A DNA stretch of 63,238 nt, filler included, from Chiloscyllium plagiosum (lineage: Eukaryota): the NCBI RefSeq assembly GCF_004010195.1. It is 4 parts of one record of this genome, joined end to end, with 100 filler letters (N's around TTAATTAATTAA, not from the genome) between each part and the next. Parts side by side here need not be neighbours in the genome. Positions count along the whole stretch, not along the records: positions 59,546 to 63,238 come from NC_057715.1; 3 more parts are not named here. One strand, given 5' to 3'. Position 1 is the stretch's first letter. Every line of letters starts with the position of its first letter. Below are positions 62,915 through 63,238 of this stretch, one piece after another. Both the position numbers and the translations under genes were made by a program. The notes below the pieces were generated by a model, which was given only the letters and a program-made list of their open reading frames with translations, made no database searches and was not told where the DNA came from.

Positions 62915-63238
62915 CAAAGAGAGTGATGCTGGAAAAGCACAGCGGGTCAGGCAGCATCCGAGGGGCAGGAGTGTCAATGTTTCAGCATAAGCCCTTAGTC
63001 AGAAATGGGGGGTGGGGAGGGGGAAGGGAGCTGAGAGATAAAAAGGGTAGTGGGGCTGGGGGGCAAGGTAACTTGGAAGGCAATAGGTCGATTGAGGTGG
63101 GGATAAAGGTGATAGGTCAGAGGGAGGGTGGAGCGGATAGGTGGGAAAGAAGATGGACAATGGGACAGGTCATGAGTGCGGTGCTGAGCTGCAAGGTTGG
63201 AACTGGGGTAAGGTGGGGGGGAGGGGAAATGAGGAAAC
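62915..63238 (-). mobile_element. PLE terminal repeat (runs off window)
   Basis: Reverse complement of 40125-40460. Confidence 0.8.

Overview
Vertebrate nuclear DNA, almost certainly elasmobranch (shark): HE1-type SINEs, HER1/CR1 LINEs and Penelope-like elements (PLEs) carrying minimal hammerhead ribozymes dominate. The window consists of four blocks joined by artificial 100-nt linkers (N44-TTAATTAATTAA-N44), plus two ordinary N-gaps, so adjacency across the linkers is not assured. Block 1 (1-25390) is UVRAG intronic sequence with two minus-strand coding exons (18140-18245, 7363-7489). The right-hand blocks are a dense mosaic of TE scraps. The short non-TE islands between the scraps repeatedly translate, on the + strand, into degraded peptides that align with bornavirus proteins. 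The best matches are G (48141-48670, 50351-50495) and the L N-terminus (45832-46172). Moderate matches are N (37317-37473), M (33631-34015, 29132-29320) and the L C-terminus (30016-30742), and there are several weaker candidates. The fragments are out of viral gene order but share one orientation, suggesting a locus that archives endogenous bornavirus-like elements (EBLs), possibly piRNA-cluster-like. All viral alignments were made by eye against BoDV-1 sequences recalled from memory and need BLASTx/HMM confirmation. TE boundaries are approximate (tens of bp).
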